The translations under genes and the position numbers were made by a program. A DNA stretch of 64,000 nucleotides from Acidimicrobiia bacterium (GTDB lineage Bacteria > Actinomycetota > Acidimicrobiia > Spongiisociales > Spongiisociaceae), in assembly GCA_041576165.1 (NCBI GenBank), contig JBFGLM010000022.1:14528-78527 (forward strand), written 5' to 3'. This document shows positions 47,543 through 55,874 of this stretch, piece by piece (positions within the stretch are counted from its first letter, which is position 1; every line of letters begins with the position of its first letter). Below the pieces are notes generated by a model, which worked only from the letters and a program-made list of their open reading frames with translations, did no database searches and was not told where the DNA came from.

Positions 47543-49105
47543 TCAGCCCCGGCTGATCCGGATCAGATCGCGATAACCGGCCGGATCGATCTGGGCGTCG
47601 ATCAGATGCGGCCGGGTCTGCTCCATTGCGGCCAAGACTTCAAGAGCGCTGGTTGCCCGGGTAGCAGGAAGACCGAGACCCGCGCTCACCGCCGCGAAGT
47701 CGGTGGGCCGGTAGCTGACTGCGTCGGGACCGCCCTGGTCGGGAGTTTGCTTGACCTCGATCAGCGACAAGGCCGAATCGTTGAATACCACCACCGCCAC
47801 ATCGAGTTCGAGCCGGACGATCGTCTCCAATTCCGCCAGGGTCATGCCGAGACCGCCGTCGCCGACCAGTGCCAAGACCGGACGTCCGGGCCGGGCAAGG
47901 GCCGCGCCGATTGCGGCCGGAACCGCGAAACCCATCGTGGCCAACCCGTTCGATATCAATAGGTCTCCGTGTGCGTCAACCGGCCAAAAGGGCATGACGG
48001 CCAGGAAATGGGCGCCGGCATCGACGGTCGTGACGGCGTCGAGGGGCGCAGTGTCGAGCAGAGTCTCGACTAGTTGGAGCGGTCCGAACCCGGTCCGCTC
48101 GGGGGCCAGCGCTCGTTGGGTTTCGATCTTGTGCATGACGACGTCATCGAGATCCCAACCCGCGGCCACAGCCGGGATCCCTTCGAGGAGCCGGCCGAGG
48201 TCGCCGACCACCTCAATCGAGTCCGGAAAGAACGCGACGGGATCCGGCCACGGCATCAAAGACACCACCGGCATCGGATATGTCCATGGGAACGGCATCG
48301 GCTCTACCGCGTCGACCCCAATGGCAAGCACCAAGTCGGACTCATCGAGCAGGGGCTTCTCCAGCGCCCCACTGGTGAACCGCCCGGCCATGGTCGGCCA
48401 CGCGTCGGGAATCAAACCGGCCGCCTGATAGGTAGTCAGCACCGGACAACCAGCGTCGGCGACAAAGGCCCGGACCTCGGGCTGCCAGGGGGCGGCCTCG
48501 GCTCCAATGATGATCACCGGCCGCCTCGCCGCCGTGATCAAGCCGAGCGCTGCGTCGGGCCACGCGCCGGGTGGTGAGGGGCCGATCAATGCGGGACCGG
48601 GATTTCCATCGCACGTCGGATCGAAGTCGAGGTGCACGGCGCCTTGGGGTGCTGACGTGGCCAACCCGGCCGCCGCAGTTGCGGTGGTCGCCGGATCTGC
48701 CGCCCCCAGGACCCCGCTCCATTTGGTGACCGGGCGGGTCATGGCCACCTGATCGATGTTTTGATGACCTACCGCACCATGGACTTCCGAGGTCACGGTG
48801 TCGCTGACCGCAACCAGCGGAAACCGATCCAATGTTGCTTGCGCCAGCCCGTTGACTGCGGATGCAATTCCCGGCCCTCGGGTGCAGATCATCAAACCCG
48901 GGGTGCCGGTTAGGTACCCATATGTGGCAGCCATTATCGCTGCGGCGGTCTCACCATGTGCCAGTGTGAACGGGATACCCATCGCCGCCCCGGCCCCAAT
49001 CTTCTCGAGGTTGGGCCCGCCGCCGGGCACACCGAACATCCGATCCGTTCCCTGATCTCGCAGCGCGCCGATGAGCGCGTCCGCTAGGTGGCGAGAGGTA
49101 GGCAT
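47543..49105 (-). CDS. Thiamine diphosphate-dependent enzyme (acetolactate synthase-like)
   Basis: FGVPGG, HGETAA, TRGPG, TMGFAVPAAIG, GDGG...N. Confidence 0.9.
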   Translation of the reverse strand: MPTSRHLADALIGALRDQGTDRMFGVPGGGPNLEKIGAGAAMGIPFTLAHGETAAAIMAATYGYLTGTPGLMICTRGPGIASAVNGLAQATLDRFPLVAVSDTVTSEVHGAVGHQNIDQVAMTRPVTKWSGVLGAADPATTATAAAGLATSAPQGAVHLDFDPTCDGNPGPALIGPSPPGAWPDAALGLITAARRPVIIIGAEAAPWQPEVRAFVADAGCPVLTTYQAAGLIPDAWPTMAGRFTSGALEKPLLDESDLVLAIGVDAVEPMPFPWTYPMPVVSLMPWPDPVAFFPDSIEVVGDLGRLLEGIPAVAAGWDLDDVVMHKIETQRALAPERTGFGPLQLVETLLDTAPLDAVTTVDAGAHFLAVMPFWPVDAHGDLLISNGLATMGFAVPAAIGAALARPGRPVLALVGDGGLGMTLAELETIVRLELDVAVVVFNDSALSLIEVKQTPDQGGPDAVSYRPTDFAAVSAGLGLPATRATSALEVLAAMEQTRPHLIDAQIDPAGYRDLIRISRG

Positions 49106-49224
49106 CGGCTGGGAGGATATCGCCAGTGGTGCACTGGGGCCTGTCCGCCGCGTCGCTGCACACTCCGATCCCTCCGACCGTGCTCATCGGGCCACCCGTC
49201 GGTCCCCAGACGGGGATGACACCG

Positions 49225-50439
49225 TTAACCGATCACTTCCACCAGGAAGTCTCGGATTCTTGTCTCATAGGCATCGGGGTCGACATTCCAGCTTTCGACG
49301 TGGCCGGCAGTGGTTTCAACCAGGCCGACCCGGGCCGGATTGGCGGCGGCCAAGTCTCGTGCCACCGAAGGAGGAACGGTTTCGTCGGCCGAACCCTGGA
49401 AGACCAGCATCGGGATGTCGGTGTCGCCGGCCCGACTGACGTAGTTGATCTGATCCCACGCAACGTCCCATCGCCAGTCGGCGATCGTCATGGCGACCAC
49501 CGTCAGGCTGTTGGGAATGGGAATGGGCGTGCCGGGGATTGTTCGGCGAGCTGCCTCGGTCTTGACCGCCCGGCCAAAGTCGACATTGGGCGAATCGAAG
49601 ACGAGCCCCACGATGGGATCGACATCTGCGGCTTGCTCCATCGTGGCCATCACTGCCGCGGCACCGGTGCTGTATCCGACCAGGAGGATCCGGCGGGCAC
49701 CTTTGGCCGTCGCGTAGTCGATGGCACCCTGCACGTCCTGCCATTCGGACCGGCCGAACCGGTAGTGACCGGTGGGGTCTGCGGGCGCTCCGGCATCGTT
49801 GCGATAGTCGATGACCAACGACGTCACGCCGGCGGCCGCGAACGCCGGCAGGGCCCGCAGCGTCTCGCGGCGATCCGCTCGCCAGCCGTGGACATGAATG
49901 GCCCACGTATCAACGGCTTGTTCGCTCACCGGAGTGACCAGCCATGCCGGCATGTCGCCCAATGGACTCTGATACGTCACGTCCGACGAGGGAAGGCCCA
50001 GATGATCGGGATGCCCGTAGGCGTACGACTCGAGATCGACTTCCACCCGGTCCGGATCGTCGAGCCCGGTGCTGATGGGAGGACTTCCGTCAATCGGAAT
50101 CAGCTCACGGACGACCGAACCGTCGGCTCGGACCTCCACCACATCGCCCACCTGCACGTAACCGCCCTCCCACCAGAGTCCGTAGCGGCCCGGTTTGCTG
50201 ATCGCCTCGTCGGCGCCGGCCAGGGTGATCGTGGACTCGTCCAAGCCGAGCACCACGACGTCGAAGTCACGGCTCGGAGACTCCGGTTGCAGGCCGTCCG
50301 ATCGCAGGAGCCCCGAGAAGTACCAACCACCGGCGCCATAGAAGACCAGGACGACCACACCTATTCCTATGGCTGCATACTTGGCCCGTCGCTTCCAGCG
50401 ACTAGTCGCTAGCGGCTGTTCCATCATCGTCGCCGTCAT
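49225..50439 (-). CDS. Membrane-anchored alpha/beta hydrolase
   Basis: N-terminal TM; HVHG, DYRND, GYSTG nucleophile, D.TVP, AGHV. Confidence 0.85.
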   Translation of the reverse strand: MTATMMEQPLATSRWKRRAKYAAIGIGVVVLVFYGAGGWYFSGLLRSDGLQPESPSRDFDVVVLGLDESTITLAGADEAISKPGRYGLWWEGGYVQVGDVVEVRADGSVVRELIPIDGSPPISTGLDDPDRVEVDLESYAYGHPDHLGLPSSDVTYQSPLGDMPAWLVTPVSEQAVDTWAIHVHGWRADRRETLRALPAFAAAGVTSLVIDYRNDAGAPADPTGHYRFGRSEWQDVQGAIDYATAKGARRILLVGYSTGAAAVMATMEQAADVDPIVGLVFDSPNVDFGRAVKTEAARRTIPGTPIPIPNSLTVVAMTIADWRWDVAWDQINYVSRAGDTDIPMLVFQGSADETVPPSVARDLAAANPARVGLVETTAGHVESWNVDPDAYETRIRDFLVEVIG

Positions 50440-50492
50440 GGTTCATCGCCTCCATTTCGTCCCGCCATCGTGGTCCCCGCCGGACCAGCCGC

Positions 50493-51161
50493 CTATCGGG
50501 GATGACCCCCATACGGCGGCGACGGTGCGACAAACCCCGTTTCGAAGGCCAGCGCGGCGAGCTCGTGACGGCTGGCCACTCCGAGCTTCTGAAATATGTG
50601 GCTGATGTGGCTTTCGAGAGTCTTGACAGATATCTCCAGGTCACGGGCTACCTCCCGATACGTGTATCCCCGAGCAACCAGAGCCACGACCTGTCGCTCC
50701 TTGGGAGTTAGACGCTCGATCCCGTCCACCGACTCGAGATCCTCGTCGATGTCCAGCAGATGCGCGGCAACCTGGCGGGAAATGGGCCGTCCGCCGGCAA
50801 GCGCGTCGTCCACCAGATCGGGCAGCTCCGGACCGACCGCTTGCTTGGTCAGGTACCCCTCAACGCCCGCCTGGGTGAGGCGAAGAACGTCCGATTTCGC
50901 AGTCGAAACGGTCAGTGCCAGGAACTTGATGTGCGGGTGATGGCGCTTGACCTCCGACACCACGGCGGCGCCATTGCCTTCCCGGATGTGAATATCGAGT
51001 AACACGATGTCGGGCTGTCGCTCCTGGATCATTGCGATCGCGTCCGTGACGTTGTCGGCCTCGCCCACGACCTCGAAGCGGTCGTTCAGGTAATGGCGCG
51101 CCCCTGCTCGAGTCAAGGGCTCGTCCTCGACGAGGAACACGGTTGGACGGTCAGTGTTCAT
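50493..51161 (-). CDS. NarL/LuxR family response regulator
   Basis: LVEDE, LLDI, GYLTK, LTPKERQV HTH. Confidence 0.95.
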   Translation of the reverse strand: MNTDRPTVFLVEDEPLTRAGARHYLNDRFEVVGEADNVTDAIAMIQERQPDIVLLDIHIREGNGAAVVSEVKRHHPHIKFLALTVSTAKSDVLRLTQAGVEGYLTKQAVGPELPDLVDDALAGGRPISRQVAAHLLDIDEDLESVDGIERLTPKERQVVALVARGYTYREVARDLEISVKTLESHISHIFQKLGVASRHELAALAFETGFVAPSPPYGGHPR

Positions 51162-52267
51162 GGCACACAGATATGCACCTCGACGCCACACCGTGGCCGC
51201 GTGCTGACGTCAACACGGCCAGTGCCTGGGGCAAGACGAGCGTTCAGTGAGTCCTCGAGCGGACCCAGAGAGGCAGGTTCACCGAGACCCGGCCCTCGGT
51301 CCCTCACCCACACCTCCGAATGGTCGCTGTCCAATTCTGCGTAGAGATCAACCGAGTCCACGCCTGCATGCTTCGCCGCGTTGGTGAGCGCCTCGTGTGC
51401 CACCGCAACCACGGGTTCTGTGATGGCCTGTAACTCGGCGTCTCCCCGGATTACGGCATCGATCTCAACGTGGTACACGTCCTCGACGTCGGCGCATGCG
51501 GCCAGTAGTGCCGCCCGGCAGCTGTGGTCGAACGGCGACCGGTATTCGTCGATCGTCTGGCGCAACTCGCGCTCCTGGCGACGCGACAAATAGCGCACCT
51601 CGTCGGGATCGCCCGCCTCCCGCCGCAAAGCGACAAGGGTCTGGAGAACGGAATCATGCAGCCGGTCGGCCAGCTGCGCTCGCTCCTCGAAGCGGACCCG
51701 CGCCCGCTGTTCGTCGGCGAGTTCGGCCTCGGTCGCGAGCCTTCGCGACTCCCGCACGCGTAGTGCGCCGTACGCCCACCCGAACAGGACCGCAACAACG
51801 ATGAAGTTGATGCTGCCCAGCGCTGGAAGGAGGGCCCGGCCGTCAATGACATGAACGGCCACCTGCTCGATCGCCAACAACCCACCGAGGATGAGAGCAC
51901 CCACAACACCCCACCCGTAGGCGATGACAGAGATGCTGGAGGTCAGATAGCCCCCGTGGAACAGGTCCCTCGCACCAGCCGCAGTGGAGGCGACGCCAAT
52001 GAGAAGCACCACCACCAGCTCGGTGGCTCCGAACAGGGGGCTTCGCATCCGCGAGTCGCTGCGCGCGGCCCAGATGGTGACCGCCGTCCAACCGAGCGCC
52101 AGCAACTCGGCGCCAATGACCACCGGACGGGAAGCCGCGTTGTCGGTGGCGAGGGTGGCGACGACGAGCATCGTCATCCAGATGACGCCAAGGAGCCGGA
52201 AGAGAACGGCAACGCTTCTCAGCGTGACATCAACCGGCGACAGCGCATCGCTCCAAGGCTGGCCCAA
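51158..52267 (-). CDS. Membrane sensor histidine kinase (HisKA_3 type)
   Basis: TM region, LHDSVLQTL, EALTNAAKHAG, RDRGPG. Overlaps the regulator start. Confidence 0.9.
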   Translation of the reverse strand: MGQPWSDALSPVDVTLRSVAVLFRLLGVIWMTMLVVATLATDNAASRPVVIGAELLALGWTAVTIWAARSDSRMRSPLFGATELVVVLLIGVASTAAGARDLFHGGYLTSSISVIAYGWGVVGALILGGLLAIEQVAVHVIDGRALLPALGSINFIVVAVLFGWAYGALRVRESRRLATEAELADEQRARVRFEERAQLADRLHDSVLQTLVALRREAGDPDEVRYLSRRQERELRQTIDEYRSPFDHSCRAALLAACADVEDVYHVEIDAVIRGDAELQAITEPVVAVAHEALTNAAKHAGVDSVDLYAELDSDHSEVWVRDRGPGLGEPASLGPLEDSLNARLAPGTGRVDVSTRPRCGVEVHICVP

Positions 52268-52377
52268 CTCGCCTTCAGCGTATTCCTGTCAACGACCATT
52301 GCGGCATGGATTCCCATGGTGCATCCCCGGCAACGGTCATCATGCGCCGCCCACTCGCGCCAGGGTACGCTGGGTCA

Positions 52378-52923
52378 ATGGCCGATATGAAGCCCTGGCC
52401 TTGGCTCCAGGCTCAGTTCTATTCCTTCTTTGCCCGCAACCCGAAGTCAAACTTGCTGGCAGTCGAGCTGTGCGAGTTGACGGCTACGGACGTGCTCATC
52501 GACGTCGGGTGCGGTCCTGGGGCGGCTGTGCGGGCTGCCGCCGGCACAGTCATGCGCGCGATCGGAGTTGACAACAGTGCGCCCATGGTGGAGATCGCCC
52601 GCAAGCGCTCCTCCCATGTTGCGAACGCCGAGTTCATGCTGGCCGGAGCGGAGGAGTTACCTCTCACCGACAGCGAAGTCACGAGGGTGATCACCGTCCA
52701 TGCATTCCACCATTGGTCGGACCAGGCCCAGGGCCTTCAAGAAGCGCTTCGAGTGTTGCAGCCGGGCGGGCGGCTGCTGATCATGGAGCGCAAGACCCGG
52801 GGTAAACACGGCATAACTCCCAGCGCCGCAGAGGATCTCTGTCGCGACCTCGAATCACGCGGTTTCTCTCGCGCAGCAGCCTCGATCCACCGCAAGGAAG
52901 TGGTCGTCATCGCGACAAAATGA
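52378..52923 (+). CDS. Class I SAM-dependent methyltransferase
   Basis: IDVGCGPG, GVDNSAPM, AEELP, RVLQPGG. Confidence 0.9.
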   Translation: MADMKPWPWLQAQFYSFFARNPKSNLLAVELCELTATDVLIDVGCGPGAAVRAAAGTVMRAIGVDNSAPMVEIARKRSSHVANAEFMLAGAEELPLTDSEVTRVITVHAFHHWSDQAQGLQEALRVLQPGGRLLIMERKTRGKHGITPSAAEDLCRDLESRGFSRAAASIHRKEVVVIATK

Positions 52924-53047
52924 GGCGCCGTTGGGCTGCCCACGACGCCCTCTTCGGCTCCAGGTCGCGACCTGCCGGAACCTCTACCTTTCCATTAGGC
53001 CGGGCCCATTAGGCCTCGTGCCGGTTCCGTTGTCGTACGTCAGCGTC

Positions 53048-54613
53048 TCACGTGAGCGCCCGTGCGAGCGCAGACACTGCACTGCTGTAACGCTGAATCG
53101 CGGTCCGGCGGTTCTTGGCGATGGAGACCATGCCGATCTTGCCATGGTCGGTCACCGCCCCCAACAAGTGAAACACCATGCCTTCCTGGGCGGGAGCGCG
53201 ATAGAGCAGGTTGTTGACGATGGCTACATCGATCAACTCGGCCGGCGTGAGGCCGGCATAGTCTGAACTCATCAGATTGTCGGTGGCGTAATAGGTGCGT
53301 GCGTCACCCGTGGGAGTGCGGAACACGCCCGTTTCGGGATCGTAGGTGCCGTCGGTGAGGAACTCGAGCATCAGGTAGGGGAAAGTGGTTCCGCCTTTGC
53401 GCAAGTTGATCTCGATTGCGTGATGCAACCACCGCCCCTGCTCGCGCGCCGATACGAAATCGACCCCGAAGCGGCCGATGACACCTCGGTCGCGCAGTAT
53501 TGCACCCACCCTGTATCCCGCGTCGTGAAGGTCCAGCCGGTAGGCCGGTCGGGCCGGAAACGTACAGCCCTCAAACACCTGGCCGTGGGCGCCGCTGAGC
53601 AACTGGTCGTGCGTGGACACCAGGTTCACGTTCCCCAGTGGGTCGATGCGCATTTGGACCGAGGGGGAGCGGGTCTTGCTGCTCTCGATCATGGCTTCCG
53701 CGATCCCTCCCATCGTTTCCATCTGCCCGAGAAACTGCTCCGGGGTTTCGCTCGGGGCAACGCAGCGCATCGTGACCCAGATACGGTTGCGCGCCTCGGC
53801 AAGCGCGTTGGCGGCAACAGACAATCCGGCCACCGGCACGATGGCGTTGCCTTCCCCTGAGAAGCCGTCGTTGAGCTTCACCACCACGTTCTCCAGCGAC
53901 GGATTTCGTTGATGGATGGCGATCAGTGCGTTGGCGAGGTCGTCGACGTCCCGCAAATCCTCGAAGCCGTCCGGGACGGTGAGGCCGGCTTCCCGCAGCA
54001 CGGCCCGGCTCATGGTCTTGTTACCCAGATCCGACAGTGCAGGGTTGACTGCATACATGGGCATGCCGAGCTGTACAGCCAAGGTCCGCTCGAGCGCAGT
54101 TGAGTTGAAACACGTCAGATGGGCGGCAGCGGGATGCCGGATGGAACGCCGCAGGCTGTCCAGAATCTCTTGGCGGGCCAGAATCTTCTCGCTCAGCGGG
54201 GTCAGACTGGGGTCGTCGCAATGGATCAGGTCCAGCCGGTCCCGGGCGTGAGCAGCGGGGATCCCGGGTAGCAAGTGGAGGTAATAGTCGATCACCGTCG
54301 GGTCCATCGGCAGGCTGGTCACATACACCAGCTGGGTGCGGGGCATCCGCAACAGCATCAGCAGGCACAGCAGCCGCTCTTCGTAGTGGAGGACGCCATC
54401 GATCTTGGCCAGTTCTCTGATATCGAGGCTCATCGACGGAACCACCACCACTGTCCGCGGCTGCTGCGGATCGAGAAAGATGCGCCGGTACATCTCGGGA
54501 AACGCCTGCTGGAGCCGGTCGAACGCCTGCAGTTCCTCGGGACTGCCCGGCGGCGGTGTCAAGGCTGATCGAACGTGAGGCGCTGTGTCGATGCCCTTCT
54601 CCTCTCCGGTCAT
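53048..54613 (-). CDS. Peptide ligase PGM1-related ATP-grasp protein
   Basis: VVVPSMS, HYEERLL, IDYYLHLLPG, KLNDGFSGEGN, SPSVQ, STHDQLL, EINLRKGGTT. Alternative GTG start at 54625. Confidence 0.85.
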   Translation of the reverse strand: MTGEEKGIDTAPHVRSALTPPPGSPEELQAFDRLQQAFPEMYRRIFLDPQQPRTVVVVPSMSLDIRELAKIDGVLHYEERLLCLLMLLRMPRTQLVYVTSLPMDPTVIDYYLHLLPGIPAAHARDRLDLIHCDDPSLTPLSEKILARQEILDSLRRSIRHPAAAHLTCFNSTALERTLAVQLGMPMYAVNPALSDLGNKTMSRAVLREAGLTVPDGFEDLRDVDDLANALIAIHQRNPSLENVVVKLNDGFSGEGNAIVPVAGLSVAANALAEARNRIWVTMRCVAPSETPEQFLGQMETMGGIAEAMIESSKTRSPSVQMRIDPLGNVNLVSTHDQLLSGAHGQVFEGCTFPARPAYRLDLHDAGYRVGAILRDRGVIGRFGVDFVSAREQGRWLHHAIEINLRKGGTTFPYLMLEFLTDGTYDPETGVFRTPTGDARTYYATDNLMSSDYAGLTPAELIDVAIVNNLLYRAPAQEGMVFHLLGAVTDHGKIGMVSIAKNRRTAIQRYSSAVSALARALT

Positions 54614-54725
54614 CCTGCGCGCCACGCAACGTGAAACCTAGGGCCCTTGGTCCACGATCGGAGGTCCGATCTCGGTATCGCTCGCATGGTTTCAGTACCC
54701 GGCGGCTGGCGTCGTTGAGAGCGAA

Positions 54726-54744
54726 ATCCCACAAACTTGGGGGT
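54726..54744. promoter_or_regulatory. Imperfect inverted repeat, putative LuxR-family operator
   Basis: ATCCCACAAACTTGGGGGT between the divergent ligase and LuxR genes. Confidence 0.5.
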
Positions 54745-54778
54745 ATCGGCCCCGCCCGCCGCAACATATATTGCGCGC

Positions 54779-55867
54779 ATGGCGCACGAAAGAGATGTTC
54801 GGCGCAGCGTCTACGCGTTGACCCATCGGGATCTCGATCCAGAGGATCTCTTCCGATCGACCGTAGAAGTGTTGCGCCGGGCCATGCCGGCCGACGGCTG
54901 GTGTGGCATAACATTTGATCCGGTCACCCTGCTACCCACCGGCGGCGTCCACGACGAGGGCATCGCCACCGACGACTTGCCGCGTCTCATGGAACTGGAG
55001 TACGCGATCCCAGATGTCCACCAGTTCATCGACCTCGCCCGGACCCGCGCCGGGATCGGCGTCATGTCGGCGGCCGACCGGGATCAGAGCGCCCGCTTCG
55101 TAGAAGTGCTCGAGCCGAACGGGTTCGAGGATGAGGTCCGTTCGGTCCTGCGGGCCGACGGGCTGGCGTGGGGCGGTCTGGTGCTCTTCCGCCGCGAGGG
55201 CTCGTTCGACACGAAGGACGTGGCTTTGTTGCGCGATGTGTCGGTGTATGTGGCTGCGGCCTTGCGACGCTGGCTCGTCCGGGTGCCGGCCGACTCCGAA
55301 ACAACACCGGACGGTCCGGGTGTGGTGATCTTCACTCAGGGCCGGCTGGACGCCATGACGCCTGCGGCACACGATTGGTTGAAGGAGATTCCCGATGTCG
55401 GACGTGGCCCCGACGGCCTGCCGCCGGCGCTGGTGTCGCTGGCCCACCACACTCGGGCCGCTGCTCTCGGAGGCGAGCTGCCGCCGGCCCGAGCCCGGGC
55501 GCGAACCCTCTCGGGGCGCTGGCTGCTGATGCACGGGGCGACGCTCGACGAAGACAGCGAGCGGGTGGCGGTGACAATCGAGCCGGCCGACCCGCTGGAG
55601 CTGGCCCCGCTACTCATGGAAGCCTACGACCTGACCCGCCGGGAGCGAGATGTCGTGGAGCTATTGCTGCGGGGATCGTCGACGCGTGAGATCGCCGACG
55701 CGCTGTTTGTGTCGAGCTACACGGTGCAGGACCACCTCAAGTCGATCTTCGACAAGATCGGCGTCCGCTCGCGGCGAGAGGTGATCACCGCCATGCTCTA
55801 CCGCCACTACCTACCGGCGGTGGATGCGGGCCAGCAGCCGTCGCTGAAGGGTGGGTTCGCGGCGTAA
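54779..55867 (+). CDS. GAF-like plus LuxR HTH transcriptional regulator
   Basis: DPVTLL, WGGLVLFR, LTRRERDV...SSYTVQDHLKSIFDKIGVRSRRE. Leaderless start (TATATT-N6-ATG). Confidence 0.92.
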   Translation: MAHERDVRRSVYALTHRDLDPEDLFRSTVEVLRRAMPADGWCGITFDPVTLLPTGGVHDEGIATDDLPRLMELEYAIPDVHQFIDLARTRAGIGVMSAADRDQSARFVEVLEPNGFEDEVRSVLRADGLAWGGLVLFRREGSFDTKDVALLRDVSVYVAAALRRWLVRVPADSETTPDGPGVVIFTQGRLDAMTPAAHDWLKEIPDVGRGPDGLPPALVSLAHHTRAAALGGELPPARARARTLSGRWLLMHGATLDEDSERVAVTIEPADPLELAPLLMEAYDLTRRERDVVELLLRGSSTREIADALFVSSYTVQDHLKSIFDKIGVRSRREVITAMLYRHYLPAVDAGQQPSLKGGFAA

Positions 55868-55874
55868 CCTGTTT

